A stretch of 64,000 bases of DNA. It comes from a virus. The notes beneath the pieces were generated by a model. It searched no databases. It saw nothing but the letters and a program-made list of their open reading frames with translations, and had not been told where the DNA came from. Shown in pieces: positions 56,947 to 64,000 of the stretch. The DNA is taken from positions 71,426 through 135,425 of the IMG/VR virus record IMGVR_UViG_3300010883_028422; one strand, written 5' to 3'. Each line of letters starts with the position of its first letter. Position 1 is the stretch's first letter. Made by a program: the position numbers and the translations under genes.

Positions 56947-57425
56947 TTACAAAAGTAGCCGGGGCGGCGTATGAGTCAACCGGGATAGTTGATATCAGAA
57001 ATAAGCTTCCAATAAGAACAACCGCAAGAGTTAGGGACGCATACAGAAAGATGAAACCAGACGAGCCGGCCAGGTGGTATGACCAAGAGACGGGCCAGGT
57101 CATAGATGGCATAAGGCGCGGCCTTCCAAATTATTATGCATCTCAAATAATTGAAACAGAGTTTGCGAGCAGTAACGAGGGCGTGCCTGAGGATGGACAC
57201 TTTCCGCTTGATGATGGGAGTACTGGCGAAATACGCTTTATGGTTAGTGCTTCTGGCGATTATTATGATGTATTTGTAAGTTCGATTAAAACCGGCTCTG
57301 TTGACATAATATCATTTCAAAGAGGTTACTTTAAAAAGGGTCCAGGCTGGAAGAAGAAGTCTGGAGTTATACCTAAGGAGCCAGTATGGTATAATAAAGG
57401 CGGCGCCCCCAGTTGGGTTAGGTAG
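56943..57425 (+). CDS. Hypothetical protein
   Basis: ATGA-coupled to the upstream gene; begins MITKVAG. Confidence 0.7.
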   Translation: MITKVAGAAYESTGIVDIRNKLPIRTTARVRDAYRKMKPDEPARWYDQETGQVIDGIRRGLPNYYASQIIETEFASSNEGVPEDGHFPLDDGSTGEIRFMVSASGDYYDVFVSSIKTGSVDIISFQRGYFKKGPGWKKKSGVIPKEPVWYNKGGAPSWVR

Positions 57426-57508
57426 TTTATTATTTAGTTATTAAATTTTATAGTCTTTGAAATAAATGTGCAGTATGATATTAGAAACCAAAGTTTTGAG
57501 GAGGGCAG

Positions 57509-59587
57509 ATGGCGCTTGTGCTAATAGAATCCCCTAATAAAATTTCGAAGTTAAGCCAAATTCTTGGTCCTAAGTATAAAATTATGGCAACTGTTGGCCA
57601 TATAATGGACCTATCTAAGAAAAATCTTGGTATTAATATTGATGATTTTACACCAGACTATAAAATAAATTCTGATAAAAAAGATGTTGTTTCTTCTATA
57701 AAAAAAGAAGCACAAAATCATGATGTTATATATATAGCAACAGACCCAGATAGAGAGGGTGAAGCTATAGCTCATCATATATATAGCCAACTTCCGAAGC
57801 GCGGGAAGTCTATACATAGGGTGCTTTTTAATGCAATAACCAAAGAGGCCGTTGGAAAGGCAATTAAAAATCCTACTATTTTAAATCAAGACTTATACCT
57901 TGCGCAAAAGGCAAGGAGAATCACCGACAGGCTTGTTGGCTTTAGAGTTTCCCCTGTAATGTGGATAAAGGGGCTTAAGAATACTAGTGCGGGAAGGGTT
58001 CAGAGCGTAGCTTTGAACTATATTGTGAATAAAGAAAAAGAGATTCGAGCTTTTAATAGCGAAGAGTTTTGGAGAATTTTTGTCTCTACTGATTCCAACT
58101 TTGAAGCAGAGTTTTTTGGAAAGAATAGCAAAAAGTTTGTCCCAAAAAATAAAAGTGAGGCAGACCATGTTGTAAACAATATGAATAAGGATAGAAACGA
58201 CTTAATAGTTTCAGATTATTCAAAAAAGCAACGCATTAGAAAGCCACACCCTCCATTCACTACCGCAACGTTGCAACAATCAGCGTCCAATAGGCTTGGT
58301 TGGAATTCAAAAAAGATTATGAATGTTGCACAATCATTATTTTCATATGGATTAATAACTTATCACAGAACGGATAGTGTATCTACAGATTCAAGCAAAT
58401 TAAAAGGCTTGAGGGCGAACATAAAATCTCTTTACGGATCAAAGTATTTGTCTAAATCTACAATATTATATAAAGATAAGAGCGGGGCCCAATCAGCGCA
58501 TGAGGCCATTAGGCCGACGTATGAGCAGGACCCTCCCGGCATGACAAAAGACCAGCTCGGACTTCTTAATATTATATCAAATAGATTTATGGCATCGCAA
58601 ATGTCTAGTGCAAAATTTGATCAGGCAAACATAAAATTAGATTATGCGTACAAAAAAGAAATCTATAATTTTAAAGTAAACGGATCTGTTTTAAAGTTTG
58701 ATGGATTTTTAAAAGTATATGGATACGACAAAGATGATGTTGTTATTCCATCATTATCAGTTGGGAAGGCCATATCTTGGTCGGAATTAAATGCCAAGCA
58801 GCATTTTACCCAACCACCACCAAGGTATACAGACGCGGGATTGATAAAGAGGCTTGAAAAAGATGGGGTTGGTAGACCAAGTACATATGCCTCAATTATT
58901 GACACTCTTATTAGAAGAAAATATGTAGTAAGGAAAGACAAGAAGTCTTTTGAGGCAACCGAAGTTGGAATAATGGTTTCTGATTATTTGTGCAGACATT
59001 TTTGCAGCCTTGTTAGCCCGGAGTTTACTTCTGATATGGAGGCAAATTTAGACGGCATAGCCTCTGGTCAAAAGAAATATGAGGATATATTATCTTGTTT
59101 TTATAGGAGTCTTGAGCTTGAAGTCGATAAAGCAAAGCAGAATAAAAGCATGGACACATTTAAATCAGAGGTTGACTGTCCTAAGTGTTCAAGCTATATG
59201 GTTAAAAGAATATCGAAGTCAGGAGATGTTTTCCTAGGGTGCTCTTCATGGCCAAAATGTGCCTCTACAACAAATTTAAATGGTGATGAAAAAACTATGG
59301 AGACGCCGGTCGAAACCGGTGAAGCGTGCCCTTCGTGCGGCGGGCTGCTTATATTTAGGAGCGGAAAGTCTGGCAAGTTTGTAGGATGCAAATCTTATCC
59401 TGTATGCAAATATACTGCAAGCGTAGATAAGGATGGAAATATACAAAAGAAAAAACCATCAAAAACTACAGGTGTAAAGTGTCAAAAGTGTAGCAAAGGG
59501 GTTTTGATAGAGAGGCATGGAAAATTTGGAAAATTTTACGGATGCTCTGGATTCCCAAAATGCAAGAATATATTAAAAAGTATATAA
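57509..59587 (+). CDS. topA: Type IA DNA topoisomerase with three C-terminal C4 zinc ribbons
   Basis: IESPNK (TOPRIM), TDPDREGEAIA, SAGRVQS, GLITYHRTDS (catalytic Tyr), AHEAIRPT, GRPSTY, CPxC..F.GC..(Y/W/F)PxC repeats. Confidence 0.97.
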   Translation: MALVLIESPNKISKLSQILGPKYKIMATVGHIMDLSKKNLGINIDDFTPDYKINSDKKDVVSSIKKEAQNHDVIYIATDPDREGEAIAHHIYSQLPKRGKSIHRVLFNAITKEAVGKAIKNPTILNQDLYLAQKARRITDRLVGFRVSPVMWIKGLKNTSAGRVQSVALNYIVNKEKEIRAFNSEEFWRIFVSTDSNFEAEFFGKNSKKFVPKNKSEADHVVNNMNKDRNDLIVSDYSKKQRIRKPHPPFTTATLQQSASNRLGWNSKKIMNVAQSLFSYGLITYHRTDSVSTDSSKLKGLRANIKSLYGSKYLSKSTILYKDKSGAQSAHEAIRPTYEQDPPGMTKDQLGLLNIISNRFMASQMSSAKFDQANIKLDYAYKKEIYNFKVNGSVLKFDGFLKVYGYDKDDVVIPSLSVGKAISWSELNAKQHFTQPPPRYTDAGLIKRLEKDGVGRPSTYASIIDTLIRRKYVVRKDKKSFEATEVGIMVSDYLCRHFCSLVSPEFTSDMEANLDGIASGQKKYEDILSCFYRSLELEVDKAKQNKSMDTFKSEVDCPKCSSYMVKRISKSGDVFLGCSSWPKCASTTNLNGDEKTMETPVETGEACPSCGGLLIFRSGKSGKFVGCKSYPVCKYTASVDKDGNIQKKKPSKTTGVKCQKCSKGVLIERHGKFGKFYGCSGFPKCKNILKSI

Positions 59588-59600
59588 TATAGGTATTTAT

Positions 59601-59855
59601 GTGAAAAATATTTTTAAATTAATAGTAAAGGCATTTGTAGACCACCCAAGCAGTGTTGGTGAATCTTATATTGCTCATATGTTTCAAGCAATAAGAATGT
59701 CTATTTTATCCATTTTTATTTGTTTTATATTTTTTATACATTCTGTATTTCCATTTTTATTTAAAACCTTAGGATGTGATATAGTACGCTATATGGATGG
59801 CAAATGTAATAGGGGCCGCACTCATGGTGATCATGGTGAGGATGACTGGTTTTAG
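59601..59855 (+). CDS. Small membrane protein (DUF6356-like)
   Basis: HPSSVGESY..H...A followed by a hydrophobic helix and H...PFLF. Confidence 0.6.
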   Translation: MKNIFKLIVKAFVDHPSSVGESYIAHMFQAIRMSILSIFICFIFFIHSVFPFLFKTLGCDIVRYMDGKCNRGRTHGDHGEDDWF

Positions 59856-59863
59856 GACTAATT

Positions 59864-60613
59864 ATGCCGATATATAATGATAAAGAGGTTATCCAAATTA
59901 GAATACCAAAGACTGCAAGCACATCGATGTCAACGGCGCTTGGGGGCGAAGAAGGGGTCGTGGGCTACAGGGCTCATGGCAGCAATAGGATCCATAGCAC
60001 TATTGCAGAAATACAGACAGAGTTGGACCGTGATAAGTTTGATACATATTTTAAATTTTCATTCGTAAGAAATCCTTTTGACTGGTTTGTTTCAAATAAT
60101 ATTTATTTTAAAGATGGAAATTATAAAGCCTCAAGAGGCATATCTATTGAGGAGTGGATTTTTGGATTAGGCCGAGTAGCGGAGTCGAGAGATGGTGACT
60201 ATTCAAAGTATAATCCATATATAAATCATAAAATACATAATTCATTCATTCACAACGGCAATAGTAGCGTTGTCTCATGTGGCCATGCGAGATGTTCGGC
60301 CATAGGGGGCGCCAGGCAGTGCAATTGCCTTGGGGCGAGCCAAAGAAGCTGGGTTCTTTACAAGGATAAAGTCGCGGTTGACTTTGTGGGAAAATTAGAA
60401 AGCTTAAGTGAAGACTGGGCCTTTGTCTCTGACAGGGTTGGACACGGAGTTCCGAGTGTTCTTCCGCATGATAATAAAAGAGAACACAGTAAAAGCTCAT
60501 ACCTATCAAACTTCAAGGACGAACGCGTCGTTGAGGTTGTATATAATCTTTTCAAAGAGGATTGTGAGCTCTTTGGGTATGATGCAAATGACTACCCAGG
60601 GTTTAAGTCTTAG
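59864..60613 (+). CDS. Sulfotransferase family 2
   Basis: IRIPKTASTS, FSFVRNPFDWFVS, DFVGKLESL.ED, N.REH...Y, D.ELFGY. Confidence 0.88.
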   Translation: MPIYNDKEVIQIRIPKTASTSMSTALGGEEGVVGYRAHGSNRIHSTIAEIQTELDRDKFDTYFKFSFVRNPFDWFVSNNIYFKDGNYKASRGISIEEWIFGLGRVAESRDGDYSKYNPYINHKIHNSFIHNGNSSVVSCGHARCSAIGGARQCNCLGASQRSWVLYKDKVAVDFVGKLESLSEDWAFVSDRVGHGVPSVLPHDNKREHSKSSYLSNFKDERVVEVVYNLFKEDCELFGYDANDYPGFKS

Positions 60614-61073
60614 TAAATCTATCAGCAACACTGCTTGCCCAGCTATCTGGCTTTATTGCGCAATCATAGCCCATAGAAAGAACAATAGACTCAGCTTCTT
60701 TTTTATACCTTGCGCTCATGCTCTTTAGTATATCGCTTCCAATGTCGAGGTGAATTGTCAGCCCCCCATGAACAAACTCTTCTATTTCCATCGCAACCTC
60801 TATGCTTTTATATGCCTCATATAAAAGCCTAACCCTTGTGGTTGGAAATTTTGATTTAGGAACTCGCTCTTTTGTATAAAATATCCGCCCGCCTCTGCCT
60901 TCTTTGTATAGGCATACGCAAGTTACAACACTAACCTTATTTTTTATAATTTGAGAATCAGCGCCTATGAATACATTATATCCATTCTCTTGTAATGATA
61001 TAAGGTCTTCTTTGAATTCTTTAAACGAAAATTCATGTTGTTCATAGTTAAAAATTTTATTGGTTTTAAACAT
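60603..61073 (-). CDS. RNase H-like (DUF458-type) protein
   Basis: VFIGADSQ, RLLYEAYKS, IHLDI, IKPDSWASS.VAD. Confidence 0.8.
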   Translation of the reverse strand: MFKTNKIFNYEQHEFSFKEFKEDLISLQENGYNVFIGADSQIIKNKVSVVTCVCLYKEGRGGRIFYTKERVPKSKFPTTRVRLLYEAYKSIEVAMEIEEFVHGGLTIHLDIGSDILKSMSARYKKEAESIVLSMGYDCAIKPDSWASSVADRFTKT

Positions 61074-61214
61074 TGATTAAGATTTCACATTGGTATAATA
61101 ATAGTGTACGATATATTGTTGAATAATTAATATCAAAATTATATTTTTATTGCTATTATTTATATATAATATACTATACTATATATTTTTGAACTTCAAT
61201 GGTAATTTGTCAAA

Positions 61215-61784
61215 ATGAAATCAGTAGATAATAAATTAAATTTTTTATTGAGTTATTTAAATAATATTGGCCTTAATAAGGAGTCGGAATATATAAAGAA
61301 AATATTAAAGATAGCTTCTTTTGACTACCCTATTGAGGAGATAGAGGTTGAATCAAAAAAAGAATTATTCTCATACTTAGAAGATAATCCGGGAGAGTTT
61401 ATATTTTTAGACAACCCTATTGGTACATTTAAATCTTTTGGAGATGATAAGAAGAAGTTGCCGTTTCATTACGGTGAGTTTCCAGGTTTAATAAATCCAT
61501 CTGATGATATGGGCTGGGACATCATCATTGTTCCAAGCTCAAGCTGTGGAGTTATAGATGGTGAATTTGGCGAGGTGGCTGCCGGCCACGACCTAGTTCC
61601 GGTTGGGTATGTTCCGGTAAATAACAACGAGGACGACTGGATGAATAATGCAGCAAAACCTCCACCCATTGGTAACGATAAAATAATATTAGCTCCAAAT
61701 GGAAAATATTTAGACTCAGATATTAAGACGATAAGAGATTTTCTCTCTGATCTATGGCAGTTTGATAAGATTAAATTGTTCTAG
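61215..61784 (+). CDS. Family I inorganic pyrophosphatase-like protein with shared N-terminal leader
   Basis: PFHYGEFPG...SDDMGWDIIIV (compare NYG.IP.T..DGDPLDV) and GNDKIILA; the acidic signature is partly degenerate. Confidence 0.55.
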   Translation: MKSVDNKLNFLLSYLNNIGLNKESEYIKKILKIASFDYPIEEIEVESKKELFSYLEDNPGEFIFLDNPIGTFKSFGDDKKKLPFHYGEFPGLINPSDDMGWDIIIVPSSSCGVIDGEFGEVAAGHDLVPVGYVPVNNNEDDWMNNAAKPPPIGNDKIILAPNGKYLDSDIKTIRDFLSDLWQFDKIKLF

Positions 61785-61822
61785 TAATATATGGTAATAT
61801 ATTGCTTAATATTGATTATAAA

Positions 61823-64000
61823 ATGGACACATCTGATATGGATAATTTAAATATAGATATACTTAATGATATAGACAAATTTGCAAACTCCTTATTAAAA
61901 ATAGGGCATGTATATCAGGGTTTATCTCTAAACAGCCTTTTCGTTAAGGCTTCTGATGATATTTTTGGGGATATGTCATTAAAAGAAGAGCTTGACTCTC
62001 AGGGTCGCCTTATGAGCCATGGTGATATATTGCGATTATTCTATAAAGTAACTACAGATGCGGATGGAAATATAAGTCAAACCCCTAAGGATTTTGAGGC
62101 ATCATTGCCAAAAAATGATGAAAAGAAATTATCTAAATTAATAAACATATATGAAAACTTAATGCTTTGGTATATGGGAGAGAAGAAAGAGGGGGCTACG
62201 GAAAATCAAAAGGCGTTAATTGGTGAGGCACTAAGAAGGACAACCTTCTCGATGAGAGATCTTAATAACGTCTTGGTTAGAAAAGAAAGATCTGATTTAA
62301 TTGGCAAGTTAAGAGATACGATTAAAGATACTCAGCAAAGGGCTGTTAGCGATATATCAAGGTCAGATTCGGATTCGGATTCGGATTCGAATGAGAAGGT
62401 CAAAAGCTCTGTTGGTATGTCCGGAAGATCAAGTTATATAAAATATTTATCTGACTATAGAAATATGAAGTCGAGTGGGACACCACCCCAGACGCTTAAA
62501 AGATGGGCTGCTAGAAATTTAGATTTTTCTGGAAAATCTGGGTATGGAAAGATACCATTTGACGAGTCTGTTCGCGCTATCAACCCACAATCAAGGTGGA
62601 CTCTCGAGCAGTTATCAAGAGATAGGAACAAGATGATCCGAGCTGACGCAAAAAGAACTATGGCGAAGATGAAGAGCACAAAGGGTAGTTTGGATGGCAA
62701 AAGCATATCTTTATATGATGCTCAAAAAATAGAAGCTGAAAAGATACTTCGTGTGCTAAACAAATACGAGGATTCACCAGATGCATTGTATAAATATCAT
62801 AATGTTCAAACAGAAAGAATAAGAGGTTATTTAAAGAAAACTGATCCTAACGATGAAAATGAAAGAATGAGAAGGTTATTTGATAGTCTTTTAAATTATG
62901 AAAAAATATTCGAAGGCCCCGGGCCAAATACTGAATCAAAAGTTAATAATGCACAAGCATCTTTACAATATCTTGAGGCACATATAGAGGTTGATGATGA
63001 TTCTGGAAGAATTATAATCCCAAGGTTAACGACAAAGCAGGTAAAGGACATACGAATTACTGAAAGTTCTGGGGATGATATAAATGAATATATTAAAAAA
63101 ATACTTTCTGGCCAGGCGCGGGAAGCATCCTCCGTATCAAGGGGCAAGGTTAGGGAGATATGCGATGATATCGCTAAGTTTAGGCAAGCCAAAAGCTATA
63201 TATATAAGGCGGGAAATAGGCTTTCTTTGATAAAAGAAGCTATATCAAACAACTCTGTAGCAAAAGAGAATCTTGATAACGTAAAGAGCCTTGCGAAAGA
63301 TTTAGAAATAAGAATAAAAAATGTAACAGAGGGTGCTGAATCTGGAAGCAGGGTAAAGATAAGAAGCGTTGACTTGCTTTTTGATGAAGAGTTAAATGCA
63401 CATAATTCATATCCACAGCCAATGGCTATGGTTGATAATTATCTTGGCGTAAAAGATCTAAAGTGGTCCCCTGCCTTGCAAAGTATAAGAAGAAATATGA
63501 AAAAGCAAGATGACGGAACTAGAGCGAGACTCTCTAGAAACCCAGATCACTACAGGGACCGGCCTGCTAGTAAAAATTTATGGTGGGAGGAGTATGCTGC
63601 AAAAATAGCTCACGCAAAGTTGTATAGAAATGAATATACATATAATTCAGCAGCAGTACTTCTGGTTATTTGTTCTGCGCCGCCAGTGTGGATTGGCAAT
63701 AACGACACTCAATTACAGGGTATGAAGGGTGATGAGGTATTGATTCAAAAGCATATATACGATAAAACACGCGGGTCCGGAACACAATACAGGGTTGGGC
63801 AAACAGCTGGTGACCTGCCAAATGTTTGGCCTCAATTTAGAGGCTCCGATGATGATCCGGATATACCAAAAGAAATTCTCGCAGAAGGTTACGCTGCATG
63901 CATAGAGGCATTAGCATCCCTGGTTGGTTACTCTGGCGCGATACCTGGCGATCCAAGCGCCATGCAGCGTGTTTTCGCAGAAGAGTCGATGAAGATAGAG
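61823..64000 (+). CDS. Large hypothetical protein (>725 aa, 3'-truncated, not in the ORF track) with shared N-terminal leader
   Basis: I translated the frame from ATG 61823 to the window end without finding a stop. It begins MDTSDMDNLNIDILNDIDKFANSLLKIGHVYQGLSLNSLFVKASDD. Confidence 0.85.
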   Translation, partial: MDTSDMDNLNIDILNDIDKFANSLLKIGHVYQGLSLNSLFVKASDDIFGDMSLKEELDSQGRLMSHGDILRLFYKVTTDADGNISQTPKDFEASLPKNDEKKLSKLINIYENLMLWYMGEKKEGATENQKALIGEALRRTTFSMRDLNNVLVRKERSDLIGKLRDTIKDTQQRAVSDISRSDSDSDSDSNEKVKSSVGMSGRSSYIKYLSDYRNMKSSGTPPQTLKRWAARNLDFSGKSGYGKIPFDESVRAINPQSRWTLEQLSRDRNKMIRADAKRTMAKMKSTKGSLDGKSISLYDAQKIEAEKILRVLNKYEDSPDALYKYHNVQTERIRGYLKKTDPNDENERMRRLFDSLLNYEKIFEGPGPNTESKVNNAQASLQYLEAHIEVDDDSGRIIIPRLTTKQVKDIRITESSGDDINEYIKKILSGQAREASSVSRGKVREICDDIAKFRQAKSYIYKAGNRLSLIKEAISNNSVAKENLDNVKSLAKDLEIRIKNVTEGAESGSRVKIRSVDLLFDEELNAHNSYPQPMAMVDNYLGVKDLKWSPALQSIRRNMKKQDDGTRARLSRNPDHYRDRPASKNLWWEEYAAKIAHAKLYRNEYTYNSAAVLLVICSAPPVWIGNNDTQLQGMKGDEVLIQKHIYDKTRGSGTQYRVGQTAGDLPNVWPQFRGSDDDPDIPKEILAEGYAACIEALASLVGYSGAIPGDPSAMQRVFAEESMKIE
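62366..62389 (+). repeat. (GATTCG)x4 encoding an Asp-Ser repeat
   Basis: Read directly. Confidence 0.92.

Noticed and set aside
57457-57479. TTGAAA/TATGAT sigma-70 promoter for topA
   Set aside because: The spacer is only 11 nt.
1-64000. Eukaryotic giant virus (NCLDV) origin, suggested by the sugar enzymes and the G2-like chaperone
   Set aside because: Shine-Dalgarno sites, overlapping operons, sigma-70 factor, DnaB/DnaC, TopA, a lipoprotein and a peptidoglycan hydrolase point to a bacterial host.
1-64000. Cellular chromosome with an LPS/EPS locus
   Set aside because: No core housekeeping operons or polysaccharide export genes, virion-like giant proteins, and a phage-style replication and nucleotide gene mix.
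1-64000. Stop-codon reassignment as in some huge phages
   Set aside because: Genes are full length under code 11, and TAA, TAG and TGA all end recognisable proteins at the expected positions.

Overview
Gene-dense, AT-rich, almost entirely plus-strand segment that reads as part of a large (jumbo) bacteriophage genome. It uses the standard bacterial code with Shine-Dalgarno sites and frequent TAATG/ATGA coupling. I found no rRNA, tRNA, CRISPR array, intron, intein or transposase. In order, it contains: (i) two very large acidic virion/baseplate-like proteins (1-8808); (ii) an ~18.4 kb glycan-modification operon (10 glycosyltransferases, 2 SAM methyltransferases, 2 sulfotransferases, UDP-sugar dehydrogenase, epimerase, GlmS, Gmd, DUF2061) with no flippase, polymerase or priming transferase; (iii) a tubulin/FtsZ-family GTPase fused in frame to the last glycosyltransferase; (iv) a replication block (SF2 helicase, an Hfq/Sm-like protein, DnaC-like loader, DnaB); (v) a signalling-like block prkA(yeaG)-yeaH-spoVR-diadenylate cyclase-sigma factor; (vi) class II RNR, PIN-PhoH, SleB-type lysin, a fibre with an autocleaving chaperone tail, an inverted envelope cassette, fibre/decoration genes, dUTPase, TopA, a third sulfotransferase, an RNase H-like and a PPase-like gene, and an ORF of >725 codons running off the end. 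Best candidates for new biology: a cytoplasmic virion glycosylation/sulfation system with a GT-tubulin fusion; a phage Hfq plus a candidate hairpin sRNA; a PrkA/YeaH/SpoVR/c-di-AMP/sigma module; and a shared N-terminal leader ending K-x-A-S on unrelated proteins (candidate capsid-loading/cleavage signal). All family calls come from reading motifs by eye; no database search was run.
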